IMG/VR virus record: IMGVR_UViG_3300028886_000066
Coordinates: 40,674-104,673 of that record
Reading direction: 5' to 3' (one strand)
From: a virus
Taxonomy: Duplodnaviria; Caudoviricetes
DNA length: 64,000 nt
The position numbers and the translations under genes are program-made. Of the stretch, positions 46,548 to 57,900 are shown in pieces; position 1 is the stretch's first letter; each line of letters starts with the position of its first letter. The notes under the pieces were generated by a model, which had not been told where the DNA came from, made no database searches, and was given only the letters and a program-made list of their open reading frames with translations.

Positions 46548-47042
46548 ATGGATTACAAGAAACTTCTCATCCAACAGCAGACGGTGTCTGGCTCTACGTA
46601 CACCAATGTAGGCGTTGCAGTTGACACGCAGACAGCGTTTAATGTTGTCTGTCAGGAATTTCCGTTCAAGTACTTGCCAGAGATAAAAGATTTGGCGAGC
46701 GAAGATTGGACTGACGAGGACGGCGAAGACGTCTTTATGCCCACTGAAGGCTTAAAATTCAAAGCTTATGACTTGGATGCTACATTCCTGTATGTTGGCA
46801 CACAAGAGAGTATGGCAAATGATTTGAGCCAATTTATCAATTTCCTTTACGGGAGAAATCAGTATGGTTCGCCTTGGCTTGCTGTCTATGACGAGTACAC
46901 GAAAACTGGCAGACGAGGTATTTACGTGAAAGAGGTCGGTAATGAGCTGATAGCATACGACAGCGCGAATGTAGAAGTGATAGGACAGTTTAAGGTTAAA
47001 TTCCGTGTGACTGACCCGATAACAAATGTGGTACTTAGTTGA
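46548..47042 (+). CDS. distal tail (Dit)-like protein
   Basis: First plus-strand gene after the tape measure; ends VKFRVTDP; -7 element at 46492-46499. Confidence 0.7.
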   Translation: MDYKKLLIQQQTVSGSTYTNVGVAVDTQTAFNVVCQEFPFKYLPEIKDLASEDWTDEDGEDVFMPTEGLKFKAYDLDATFLYVGTQESMANDLSQFINFLYGRNQYGSPWLAVYDEYTKTGRRGIYVKEVGNELIAYDSANVEVIGQFKVKFRVTDPITNVVLS

Positions 47043-47050
47043 TAAATGAT

Positions 47051-50000
47051 ATGAGCAAGAAGGTAGACATAAAGCGTGGCAGTACGGTTGTTGCCGTCGG
47101 CGAGGGGCTGGAGTACCACGGCGAGTGGATGCAGCACGGGTATGTGACGGTGACGGTGAAGTCGGCGGTGAAGATTGACTTCCAAGTCGGCGACTACGTG
47201 GAGTACCGTGGTGAGCGGTTCTACCTGTGGAGCGACGAGAACTTGAAGAAGCAGGCGCGGAGCGGCAGTCACGGTGAGGCGTTCGTGTATGAGAACCTGA
47301 AGCTGATGGACGCTACGGCGGCACTGGAGCAGGTGTCGATGCACGACTTCGTGCTGGGCGGCTCTGGGAATGCGGAGTCGTATTCGTCGCTGGGACGGTT
47401 TTCGTTCTTCGGCGGGTCGGTGGATGACCTCGCGGACAGGATTCAGGCGAACTTACTGAGGCAGGTGCCTGCTATCGGCGGGACGGAGTTTGCGTTTCGG
47501 GTGTTTACGCCGAGCCTTTCGAGGACGTTGCAGCGACTTGGCGGCGGTGACGATAGTAGCGACGGTGGTGATAGTAGCGATGCTGACGCATCGGACACGG
47601 TGACTGATGACTGGGAGGCGTATTATGACGGGGATGAGGCAACGGGGAAAAGCGATGTGACGGTTGGCATCAGCGATGAGACGCTGTGGGGTGCGCTGGC
47701 ACGTTGCTATAATGACTTTGAGCTGCCGTTCTATGTTCATGGTACGGATATTGTCATCGGCGGCAAGGCGGTGGAGGTCGGGCAGATGTTTGCGTATGGC
47801 AAGGGTAACGGCTTGAAGGATATTGAGCGGATGGCCGACCAGGAGCAGCGGATAGTGACGCGGCTGTTTGCGTATGGAAGTACGGAGAACATGCCGCTGA
47901 ACTACTACGGAAACGTGTTCAAGACGGCCTACGTGACGGGCACTGCGGACATTTACAACAGTAGCTACTACTTCCTGAAAACGGGCATCCTGTTCGAGGC
48001 GGTGAAGGACGCGCTGGGATGGAGCGCTGAGGCATGGCGGCAGGTCGTGATGATAGGCAACTACGCAAAGGTGCCCATTACGGTCAGCATATCGACGGCC
48101 TTAGACCCCAACAACGGTTATAGCGACAGCGGGGCGTATATATGCGCCTATGAAGAGAGCGAGCACACCTACCTTGCGCTGCTGACGACGCAGGCGGTGA
48201 CGAGCCATGTAACGGCACAGACGAAGGTGTATATATTGGAGGGAGCTGACTTGAACAAATGGCCTTCATCGCTGACAGAGACGGCGGCGGGTTATGCTGC
48301 CGGTATGGCGATACAGAATCTGATGTTGCCCGGATTCCCGACGCAGACGCTTGCGGACTGGGTTTCGCATCGGCATGAGTATATGGCTGACGATGGGAAG
48401 AAAAATGCTTGGCTGGCGCGGAAGGTGAACTATGATTTTTCCGAAGATGCGAAGAATCCTTGGATTCAGTCGAAGGCTGGCGTGGCGAAGTACGGCGTGA
48501 GAGAAGGGGAGGTTTACTTTGACGGTTCGAACGACCGCGACGAGATTAAACCGACGATTGAGAACACGTCGTATGGGTACGCGAAGGGCGTTACTGGTAT
48601 CAGCGATAACGGATGGGTGACGGAAGGCGGTAACTTCAAGCTGGCGGTGTATGATGACCAGACGAAGTTCTGGGACGCTGTTTTCAAGACGCGCACGGGT
48701 GACAAGATGCCGATAACGATGACATCGGGCTATCACAACGGACGGGAGTTCGAGGTGAGCAAGGTGACGTATAACGAGGGGAGTGATTTTGCGGTGCTTG
48801 AGATTGCGCGTGTGAAGGACGAGCGTGAGCGTTTTGTGCCGAACACCGAGGAATTGATTGCCTTGGACGATACGTTTATCGCGACGGGGATTCAGTTGCC
48901 CGACACCTATATAGCCGAGGCTTCGGAGGTGCTGTTTGATGCGGCACTGGATGCGCTGGACGAGGCTGACCATGCTACCTATACGCACACGCCACACATC
49001 GATGAGATTTTCATGGCGAGGGAGCGGGATGAAGCGGCGGCTAACGAAACGGTGAGCCTGCATGACACGATAAGGCCGGGTATGGTACTGGAGTGGCAGG
49101 ACGTGGAGCTTGGCAACGTTAGTTCGGTAATTGACTCGCTGACGATTAAGGACGACGGCAATAACGGCATCCCGACGTATGAGGTAGTGCTGAGGAACGA
49201 GAAGGAGAAGACCTTGGCGCAGATGATTGGCGCGGAGATTAAGAAGAGCAGTAGCGGCGGCAGTGGACGTGGGGAGAAGCCCACGGCACCGTCAGCGGCG
49301 AGCATTATTGAGGCGGCAAGCGGTGCGTTCCTGAGCAAGACGGAAGATGATACGGCGCAGGGGACTATCACGTTTGCTGCGGGTGTGGCTTTCGGGGACG
49401 GGAGTACTGGCATAGACGATAACGGCGACGCCACCTTGCATGACGTGACGGCAAGCGGCGACCTTGAAGTTACGGGGGATGCGGAAGTCGGGGGCGACCT
49501 TGATGTGACAGGCACGACCAACGGAACTGACGCGATATTCGAGAATTTGACGGTGACGAAGGCGGCGCACTTCTTCAAGCTGATTATCGACGAGGTGAAG
49601 GCGACGCAGGGACAGGTGATTATCACGGCGGCGAACGCGAAGCTGGATAAGGTGGTGGAAGTGACTGGCGGTTGGAAGTGCTACTTCCGTTCTTCGGACG
49701 CTGACGGTAACGAGATAAGCAACACCTTTGCCGCGAATGACCTTGTGCTGTGTCAGACGTTTAACGCGAAGAAAGGCGTAAGCGAACAAGTTGACAACAG
49801 ATTCTACTGGCGCAAGTGTACGGCTGTTGGCTCTGAATCCCAAACTGTAGACGGGCAGGCGGTTGATTACCATTATATTGTCCTTTCTTCGTCGGTCGAG
49901 GATAGTAATTCTAACGCAGACCCGCAGGCAGGCGACGAAGTGGTACAGCTTGGAAATGACACGGACACCACCCGTCGAGCTGCTATCATCATTTCTGCAT

Positions 50001-53000
50001 ATAACAACACGTATTTAGATCCTGAGATAGCCGCTCCGTCTATTGTTCAGTATGACGGCATCGATAAGTTTAGCCTTTCAGGGTTCAGGAAGAATGTCAT
50101 TTCGAAGAATCTGAATAGTTTCACGGGAACGTTCTATGTCAGTGGAAACACGACCGTGACGGACTTGATAGAAGAGATTGAGCTTACTCCTGGGCCGCAA
50201 GGTGAGAAGGGAGATAAGGGTGATAAAGGTGATAAAGGTGATGACGGCGACGATGGCTCGACGATACGCAGTGTACAAGTGTTCAAGTTGTGTGCCAACC
50301 AGCCAGTAACGCCGACTGGCAGCGACGTGCCTCCGACTGGATGGAGTCTGTCGCCAACAGAACTTACGGACTTTTACGACGGTACTGGTGTTCACGCAGG
50401 ATGGAGAGAAGTAAGCGGTAATCAACAGAATAGTATCTTTAAGAAGGAACGTTACTGGTTCACGACCAATGATGCCAATCAGGTGCTTACGATAGAGTTG
50501 ATGGCTTCGTCGGAAAATACCTATGACTATATTCAGGTCGGTGCGCTCGATACGTCTGTAGATTCCCGTCCCAGCCGTGTTGCCGAAAGGAGTGCAACAG
50601 GTACTTATGGAACAGTTACTACAGTAGAGATAACCGTTGCCACTGTTGGAACTCACTTTGTCGATATAGTCTATACGAAAGACGGTTCACAGTACAGCGG
50701 CGAGGACAAGGGTTGGTATCGTGCCACCCTTGGCGGTGTTGTCATGAACACGCAATATGAGTGGACTTCATTCGCCACCATTGTTGACGGAGAGCTTTCT
50801 GGAACATGGAGCACCCCATACCGTTGGAGCCCGATAGACGGAACGAATGGTAAGGATGCCCACGACGCGAACCCGAATATCTTGCTACGGACGGTGTTTG
50901 AGAGCGGTTTGGATGCCGTGAAGGAGGCTTGGACGGCACCAGAGAATGGAGGCTGGGACAATATCAACATACCTGCCTCGCCGATGATAGGCGGTAGGAA
51001 TTGCGTTGAGATTGATGCAAGCGAGGCTGGTTCATACGTTGACCTTAGACAGAACGTGGTAGCAAGATTACAGCCAAGCACATGGTACACGCTATCGTTT
51101 TACTGCTATGCCGACGGTCTTTTCCATACCTATATCTATTCGGGCGACGGCAGCCACCCGAGCGTAGACACAAGCGCAGGCTGCTATGTTGACGGCGTTT
51201 TCAATAGCAGCATAGGTACTGACGGTGCTCATCAATGGGCGGCAGAAGCAGACGGGGCACGGCATACGTTCACGTTCAAGACGGCAAGCAGCTTCACTAC
51301 CAACAGTGCGGAGATAATCTTCCGTGCGCTGACGGGCGTAACCTTGGACGTTTGTATGCCTAAGTTGGAAACGGGCAAGGATGCTACGCCGTATATGCCC
51401 AACGAGCAGGACTTGCAGGGCAAGAACGGACAACAAGGTCAGAATGGTACCGACGCCGAGTTTTACAAGTTAGTTCCCCTGAACGAGGCCGCAGTTGTGA
51501 CCATCAACGGCACGTTGGGCGTGGTGGCTCAGTATAACATTGCGCACATCGTTGGTTCGACGAGCGAACTGATTACACCGGATGACGACGGCTATCATAT
51601 ACAGATTATCCCCAATGTATCGACGGGCGTTTCCATTAGCTACACGTATGACAGCATTCTTAAAATCGTGGAGTACAAAAATACACAGTACATGACGAAC
51701 TGGCACACGGCGGCAGCAAACGCAAGGCCGTCGTACTTCACGGTGAAGTTAGTGGACGGGAATAATACGCCCGTCAGCGGTGAAGAGAGGCAGATTGCCG
51801 TGACGTTCGCCGTGGATGCTTCGTTTGCCATCAACAGCAAGACGGGCGAGATAGAGCTGAAGGCGCAAGGGAATGCCGACAACATTGCCAAGATTGAAAT
51901 GACGGTGGGGCAGCAAAGCATTGTCAATATGGAGTACGTAACCATTGACTATAGCTACTCTGACAGTCAGGATGCGAAAAGTACGGCATGGGAAAAGGGT
52001 TATTGGAATAACTATGGCAACTATGTGAGTGCTGACAATTGTATCTGTTCAGCACAGAACCCATACTTCATCGGGGAAACTAATGGTTTCGTCGTTAACG
52101 GATATCATGCCGCGTTCGCTATTTTAGAGATTGACAACACTGGTGTTACGCCGAAGCAGTATGTTTTAAGATACACCGTTCCTCAGAACTACACTGTCAA
52201 GGCGTATATCATGTCGTATGTCTATAAGAACAATTCTTGGGCGCGCGACAAACGAGTATCGGAAGTCAACGGCAACGGCGGCATGGTTATTATTACACCA
52301 ACAACGGGAAAGATACGCTTCAAGGTATTTTTTGAGGCTACAGGAAAGGATATTGGCGCAAACGCTACGGCCATCTCCGAAGCCTTGTCAGAGTTACAGC
52401 CACACTTCGGTTCGATAACGCTCAGCAATTCGCTGATTCAGCAGACTGGTGCACAAATACGTTTCCGTGTCGAAGAATGCGGTATCGACATTACCAACAA
52501 GAAGATACTTGCCAAGACCGACAACTTCGAGATTCAGAACATAAGCGGACAGAAGACGTTCGGCATCGACGATGACGGAAACCTTGAAACACTTGGGAAT
52601 GCGAGTATCGGTGGAACTGTTAGGGCTAAGAACTTTTTCAGGAGTCTTGCCGTAGTGTCAGAATATAGCAGCAGTTTACAGCCGAGAATCGTTGTCATCG
52701 ACATCAATGGCAATCAGAATAAATGGGTGTACTTCAAGAACAACGTGGTATCTGGCGGTGTAACGATATTCGCCCAGCATAGTTACCATACTTTTGAAGA
52801 GATTGCCGAAATTGACCCTGACTATTCCGTAGATGATGAGGCGGGCGATTGTGTGGTATGCACATACGACGCAGAAGAGGTATTTGTCACTTACAATGCA
52901 AATGGAAATCCAAACGAACAGCGAGTAGTTCTTCCGAGGAGCTGCGACTTTGTAGGAAAGGTCGTAACGGTACGAAACGTAATCGGAGCAGCCGTGGTCA

Positions 53001-53176
53001 ATGCATTTTCCGTAAAGGTCATGGCTTGTGATGACAAAATGCCAAATACTTACCTTACGATGAACAACTACACGATAGTGTCAGGCTCAAATAACACATA
53101 CAAGTCTATAAGCAGCGGAAAGAACGGAGTGTTCTATGCTACGGCAGACAGGTGGGAATTTTTAGGCGAATTTTAA
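47051..53176 (+). CDS. baseplate hub / tail tip protein fused to fibre-like domains
   Basis: FAYGKGNGL..IVTRLFAYGSTENMP hub motif; collagen-like GEKGDKGDKGDKG; carbohydrate-binding-like segment. Confidence 0.8.
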   Translation: MSKKVDIKRGSTVVAVGEGLEYHGEWMQHGYVTVTVKSAVKIDFQVGDYVEYRGERFYLWSDENLKKQARSGSHGEAFVYENLKLMDATAALEQVSMHDFVLGGSGNAESYSSLGRFSFFGGSVDDLADRIQANLLRQVPAIGGTEFAFRVFTPSLSRTLQRLGGGDDSSDGGDSSDADASDTVTDDWEAYYDGDEATGKSDVTVGISDETLWGALARCYNDFELPFYVHGTDIVIGGKAVEVGQMFAYGKGNGLKDIERMADQEQRIVTRLFAYGSTENMPLNYYGNVFKTAYVTGTADIYNSSYYFLKTGILFEAVKDALGWSAEAWRQVVMIGNYAKVPITVSISTALDPNNGYSDSGAYICAYEESEHTYLALLTTQAVTSHVTAQTKVYILEGADLNKWPSSLTETAAGYAAGMAIQNLMLPGFPTQTLADWVSHRHEYMADDGKKNAWLARKVNYDFSEDAKNPWIQSKAGVAKYGVREGEVYFDGSNDRDEIKPTIENTSYGYAKGVTGISDNGWVTEGGNFKLAVYDDQTKFWDAVFKTRTGDKMPITMTSGYHNGREFEVSKVTYNEGSDFAVLEIARVKDERERFVPNTEELIALDDTFIATGIQLPDTYIAEASEVLFDAALDALDEADHATYTHTPHIDEIFMARERDEAAANETVSLHDTIRPGMVLEWQDVELGNVSSVIDSLTIKDDGNNGIPTYEVVLRNEKEKTLAQMIGAEIKKSSSGGSGRGEKPTAPSAASIIEAASGAFLSKTEDDTAQGTITFAAGVAFGDGSTGIDDNGDATLHDVTASGDLEVTGDAEVGGDLDVTGTTNGTDAIFENLTVTKAAHFFKLIIDEVKATQGQVIITAANAKLDKVVEVTGGWKCYFRSSDADGNEISNTFAANDLVLCQTFNAKKGVSEQVDNRFYWRKCTAVGSESQTVDGQAVDYHYIVLSSSVEDSNSNADPQAGDEVVQLGNDTDTTRRAAIIISAYNNTYLDPEIAAPSIVQYDGIDKFSLSGFRKNVISKNLNSFTGTFYVSGNTTVTDLIEEIELTPGPQGEKGDKGDKGDKGDDGDDGSTIRSVQVFKLCANQPVTPTGSDVPPTGWSLSPTELTDFYDGTGVHAGWREVSGNQQNSIFKKERYWFTTNDANQVLTIELMASSENTYDYIQVGALDTSVDSRPSRVAERSATGTYGTVTTVEITVATVGTHFVDIVYTKDGSQYSGEDKGWYRATLGGVVMNTQYEWTSFATIVDGELSGTWSTPYRWSPIDGTNGKDAHDANPNILLRTVFESGLDAVKEAWTAPENGGWDNINIPASPMIGGRNCVEIDASEAGSYVDLRQNVVARLQPSTWYTLSFYCYADGLFHTYIYSGDGSHPSVDTSAGCYVDGVFNSSIGTDGAHQWAAEADGARHTFTFKTASSFTTNSAEIIFRALTGVTLDVCMPKLETGKDATPYMPNEQDLQGKNGQQGQNGTDAEFYKLVPLNEAAVVTINGTLGVVAQYNIAHIVGSTSELITPDDDGYHIQIIPNVSTGVSISYTYDSILKIVEYKNTQYMTNWHTAAANARPSYFTVKLVDGNNTPVSGEERQIAVTFAVDASFAINSKTGEIELKAQGNADNIAKIEMTVGQQSIVNMEYVTIDYSYSDSQDAKSTAWEKGYWNNYGNYVSADNCICSAQNPYFIGETNGFVVNGYHAAFAILEIDNTGVTPKQYVLRYTVPQNYTVKAYIMSYVYKNNSWARDKRVSEVNGNGGMVIITPTTGKIRFKVFFEATGKDIGANATAISEALSELQPHFGSITLSNSLIQQTGAQIRFRVEECGIDITNKKILAKTDNFEIQNISGQKTFGIDDDGNLETLGNASIGGTVRAKNFFRSLAVVSEYSSSLQPRIVVIDINGNQNKWVYFKNNVVSGGVTIFAQHSYHTFEEIAEIDPDYSVDDEAGDCVVCTYDAEEVFVTYNANGNPNEQRVVLPRSCDFVGKVVTVRNVIGAAVVNAFSVKVMACDDKMPNTYLTMNNYTIVSGSNNTYKSISSGKNGVFYATADRWEFLGEF

Positions 53177-53192
53177 ACAAAACAAGTAAGAT

Positions 53193-54296
53193 ATGGGATG
53201 CGAAAGGTATAATAACTACGGTCACGGCGAACTACTGAGCTGGGTAGAGGGAAACGACGTTTTCCTGAAGGCGAGGGTGTATGAGAAGGTGGTGACGGAG
53301 CAGGATTCCTCTTCTTCGGAGGGGGATGAACCTGCGGGAAATGCCGCAGGAACGGTTGAAGAGCGGGCGGTGGACTTGACGGCGTTCGATGACGTTGAGG
53401 TGGAACTGGTGAAGTCATTTGGAACACGGACGGACATCGAGACGGCGATTGACCAGACGGAAGATAACTGCCTTGTGGTGCACTGTCCGCATACGTTGGA
53501 GAGCGGCGAGTATGCGCTGGAGATTCGGCTGATGAAGGACGGACTGCAAGCGCGTTCGTTCGACGTTCAGTTCACCGTGGTTCAGACGGACTGTAAGGCA
53601 CAGACGACGTTCGAGGTGATTGACGGGTGTCGGTCGGCTTCGCTGAGGGTGACGTTACAGGTCGTCAGCCAGGCATTGGTACGCGGCAAGTCGGCGTATG
53701 AGCTTTGGAAGGAGCTGCCGGGGAATGAGGACAAGGGATTGCAGGATTTCATCGACGAGGTGCTGGACTTGAATACGATTGCAACAAGGGCGGCGACTGC
53801 TGCCGAGACGGCTGAGCAGGCGGCAGTCAACGCGAACGAGAAGGCAGCACTTGCTAACGAGAAAGCGGGGCTGGCGAATGAGAAGGCGGCTTTGGCTGAC
53901 GAGAAGGCTGGACTTGCCGAAGAAAAGGCAGGGCTGGCGAATGAGAAAGCCGCATTGGCAGCAGAGAAAGCAGGCTTGGCAAACGAGAAAGCCGGGTTGG
54001 CGGCATCGGCTGCGGTGCTGGCCAACGAGAAGGCAGCACTTGCGAATGAAAAAGCGGGGCTGGCTGAACAGAAGGCTACAGAGGCTGGGAACGTGAACGC
54101 TTCGCTATCAGGAACGATACTGACGGTGACGAACAAATACGGAGAGTCGGAGAGCGTCGACGTGAAAGACCAGATGATGCTCTTTGAGGTGGATGACGAT
54201 ATGCAGCTATCGGTGACGAAGGCTGACGACTCGACGGTGGTGTTCGGACTGGAGAACGGCTACCTGACGGTGGACGATACAGACAACGGTAATTAA
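53193..54296 (+). CDS. upper-baseplate / fibre adaptor-like protein with A(G/A)LANEK heptad repeats
   Basis: GKSAYELW motif; 21-nt tandem repeats at about 53830-54080; internal DSSSSE. Confidence 0.7.
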   Translation: MGCERYNNYGHGELLSWVEGNDVFLKARVYEKVVTEQDSSSSEGDEPAGNAAGTVEERAVDLTAFDDVEVELVKSFGTRTDIETAIDQTEDNCLVVHCPHTLESGEYALEIRLMKDGLQARSFDVQFTVVQTDCKAQTTFEVIDGCRSASLRVTLQVVSQALVRGKSAYELWKELPGNEDKGLQDFIDEVLDLNTIATRAATAAETAEQAAVNANEKAALANEKAGLANEKAALADEKAGLAEEKAGLANEKAALAAEKAGLANEKAGLAASAAVLANEKAALANEKAGLAEQKATEAGNVNASLSGTILTVTNKYGESESVDVKDQMMLFEVDDDMQLSVTKADDSTVVFGLENGYLTVDDTDNGN

Positions 54297-54310
54297 AAAC
54301 GATAGATATT

Positions 54311-54781
54311 ATGGGTAGAACGAAAACGATTATTGGTAAGGTCGGGCTGACACCGAAAGGGGCCTATCAGGCAGGGACGGTGTACGACAAGCTGGACGTG
54401 GTGACGCTGAACGGCGTGATGTACGTGTCGTTGGTGGCGGCGAACAGTAGTCTGCCGACGGATGCGTCGAAATGGATGCCGCAGAGTTGCAGGGAGGAAA
54501 TCATCGACTACGACACAGAGACAGCGGAGATTCCTTCGGATGCACTGAACCGCTGGGGCGAGGTGACGGAACTGACGATCACACTGGCACAGGGTGACAA
54601 CACGAAGGTGGAAGAGTATCGGCTGGAGTTTACGGTGAGCGGCGACAGCTTTGCGTTCCATTGCGAGGGCATCAGATGGATGAATGACGAGGAGCCAGAC
54701 TGGAAAGACGGTTATACTTATCAAGTTAGCATTCTTAACGGCCTTGCTGTATATGGAGAGTGGGAGGCTCTTAATGTATGA
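54311..54781 (+). CDS. tail-associated protein
   Basis: KGAYQAGTVYDKLDVV carbohydrate-binding-like N-terminus. Confidence 0.7.
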   Translation: MGRTKTIIGKVGLTPKGAYQAGTVYDKLDVVTLNGVMYVSLVAANSSLPTDASKWMPQSCREEIIDYDTETAEIPSDALNRWGEVTELTITLAQGDNTKVEEYRLEFTVSGDSFAFHCEGIRWMNDEEPDWKDGYTYQVSILNGLAVYGEWEALNV

Positions 54782-54882
54782 GTGAGTTTAGACGGAGATT
54801 GCTGATGATGGCGCAGGCTATCGGGAAGTATTTTGACGGATGGTTTCGCTCGGACGGGTGGTTTCGCTCGGACGGGTGGTAG
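54778..54882 (+). CDS. 34-aa mini-protein MSEFRRRLLMMAQAIGKYFDGWFRSDGWFRSDGW
   Basis: Hand-translated; ATGA overlap; 18-nt tandem repeat. Confidence 0.6.
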   Translation: MSEFRRRLLMMAQAIGKYFDGWFRSDGWFRSDGW

Positions 54883-54939
54883 CGCTTGGAAGTGAAGAGT
54901 GAAGAGTTAAGAGTTAAGAAATAATTAAAAGACAAGGAT

Positions 54940-57900
54940 ATGGCAAAAAGGATTATCATTAAGAACCCGCAAGGGTTTTCCTTCGGGTCGGACTGGGGCG
55001 GCGTGAACAACACGGGTGCAACAGTGAATATCTACGGCACGGACATTCCCGACGGTGCGGAATGGGCCGTTGAGAAGGGCGCCGTGGAAGAGGTGGTGAA
55101 GCAGGCTACCAACGGTCGCGTTGGCTGCATCCGCATTGTAGAGAGTCAGGGCGGCATCGGTAACACGCTGCTGGGCTTCAAGGACAAAGCGGACTGGTTG
55201 ACATGGAACGCATTGTCGGCGGCTGACAAGTGGGGAACTGTGGGACAGGCTCTCATTGTGACACAACAGTCGATGCCGTTTGAGTCGAGCGACACGCGCT
55301 CGGTGCGGCTGACACTACAGTCCACACCAGCAGCTACGCAGGCCACGACGGACGTAACGCTGGGAATCAAGGGTATCTCCACGATTACCTACGGCACGTC
55401 GGGCGAGACGGAACCCGTGGCCGAGGACTTGGAGATACAGATAGAGACAAGAACCTCACAAAACGGACAGTGGGTGACAAGACCATCTGTTATAGTGCAG
55501 AGTAACCAGCAGACGTTTACGGAGGTGAGCCTGAAGACGTATCTGTCGGCAGGATATAACCAAGTGAGGGTACGTGCCGTGGGCGACAACGGCGGCAGCC
55601 CTGTGACCAGTATCTGGACGACACTGACACTGAACGTGGTGGCTCTGTCGCTGATTTCGGCTACCCCCGTAGCCATTCCAGTGACGGGTGATGAACTGGA
55701 ACTGAGGTACTACATCGGCGGTGCTGCTGACAAGACGTTGAGACTACAGTTCGGACACTATGTGAACTCGGTGTTTGTAGCTGACTATAGCTATGAGACG
55801 GACTCGGCCTGCGTGGTTCCCATCGGGCAGGAGGTGTTTGCATCCGTGCCCAAGGTAGTGAGCCTGACACCTACGAGCCTGTCACTGACGAACATTCTGA
55901 CAGAGGGTAGCCATGTGGTAAGGGCTATGCTGTATGTCAGTGAGGACGTGAAAACGGACTGGGTAGAGACGGAGTACATGGCTATTCCTGCTGGTTCTCA
56001 AGCAGGCACGGTGGTGGTGGTGAATCAGATAGGGAAGGGACTGGAGAACTATTCGGATGTTACCTTTTTTAGGTGGGCTGCCTCAGAGGCTGGACAGGTG
56101 GTGTTCCGTCTTACCAATGCGGGTGACACCGTGGAATATGCAAGATGGGAGCAGACGGCAGTGGCAGGTGAGGAGCAGGCACTGAGCACTCAGCTTGGTA
56201 TCGAGAGCGAGCAGGCTGAGATTACGGCCTACATGAGGATTGAGGACTCAGAGGGTAACGAACTGCATGATGCGGTTTATTTTACCATCAACAATAACCA
56301 GGACTTTGCTCCTGTAAGCGGCCCCGTCTTCGTACTCCAGCCCAGCACACGCAGCAACAGTGAGGCGAACCCACGGACGATCATCAATGCTGCCACGGGA
56401 CAGGTGGTGGCCTCCGAGGGTTGGGATTCATTGGATATGGTGAACGACGGCTACAAGGATGGCGCACTGATTGTTCCAGCAGGCAGTGAGTTGCGTATCA
56501 GCTTCAACGCACTGGCCACCCTACAGAATGACGAAGGAGCGGAGAACGGACTGACGGAGAAGAACGTGACCATCGAGATTGACATGGAGGAATCGAACAT
56601 CACCGACGATGAAGCCCCTGTCATCAAACTGGGCAGCTACATGAACACCGTGAATGACCACGACATCTACGGACTGGAAGTGAGGCCTACTGAGGTGGCC
56701 CTGATGACCAAGAACAAGCGCGTAAGGGAAGACCAGAACGCACAGTGGGCTGAGGATAGAAGGACGAGGATTACCGCGAATATTGTGTATGGTCTTAATC
56801 CTGACAATGACCCCGCAGGCCCCCGTCTGAACTATGCCCGCATCTTTGTGAACGACACCATTGAGCGCGAGTTTAACTACAGCTCTAATGACTCGTTTAT
56901 CAAGGACACCGATGCCAAACTGGTGATTGGTGGCACGGGGGCTGACACCCGTATCTATGACATTAGGGTATATACCAAGGCACTCTCTACCTCTGACGTA
57001 CAGCGCGATCATCGCGCAGGACTCGCCACGACACAACAGAAGATGGAGTGGATGCAGAAGAACGACATCATCGGGCAGTCGGGAGAGATAGACTTTGAGA
57101 AGGCCAAGAACGCGGGATATAACGTGTTAGGACACACGGGACACCTGCCCAAGTATGGTGATGAGAACTCTGGCGAGACGAAGGGACAGGTGAGCCTGCT
57201 GATACATATTGACGGCGACGCTGCCCATTCGGGCATACTGACTGCTCTTGACAGCAAGGGACAGGGCACTACGGCCATGACCTACCGCGACTGGAACCAG
57301 CAGTACAAAATCACAGATAACACGGTATTCACTGCTGAAGACGGAACTATCAGCGAGGCAGGAGCAGGATATATCCTTGAAACGGGACAGGCTGCTGCCA
57401 AGAAGCTGGTGGGCAAGATGAACTTCGCTTCGTCGATGCAAGGACATAAGATGGGCTTGACACGCGCCTATGACGAGCTGTTCAAGCAGATGGTGGCAGA
57501 CGGTTACCTGTCAGAGCCGAGCCAGTTTGCAATCTGGAGGAACGCAGGGAACGTCGGCGAGCCACGACTGACGGTATATGAAAAGCCGTTCCTGTTTTTC
57601 CACCGTGAGACGGAGAACGACCCATGGACGTTCTGCTACCTGATGACCTTCGGCGCGGGAAAGGGTGACAAGCCCACTTTGGGTTTTGACAAGACCCTGA
57701 CACCCCACATGATGATGGTTGAAGGTGCCGACAATGACCGCCAGCTGGCACTCTTTGCCTGCCCGTGGGACGACGATGTAACTTATAATGCCGAAAAAGA
57801 AGCATGGTACATCGGCAACGTCAAGCAGATCAACTTCGGCTTTGGCAAGACGAGCAAGGCCAGCGGCGAGGAGGTACCCTCAGACAGTGACGCCCTGACG

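Noticed and set aside
47051-54781. Second DGR variable repeat in other tail genes
   Set aside because: No TR-like sequence found by eye at their 3' ends
54888-54920. GTGAAGA/GTTAAGA 7-bp tandem repeat
   Set aside because: Short intergenic microsatellite with no supportable function
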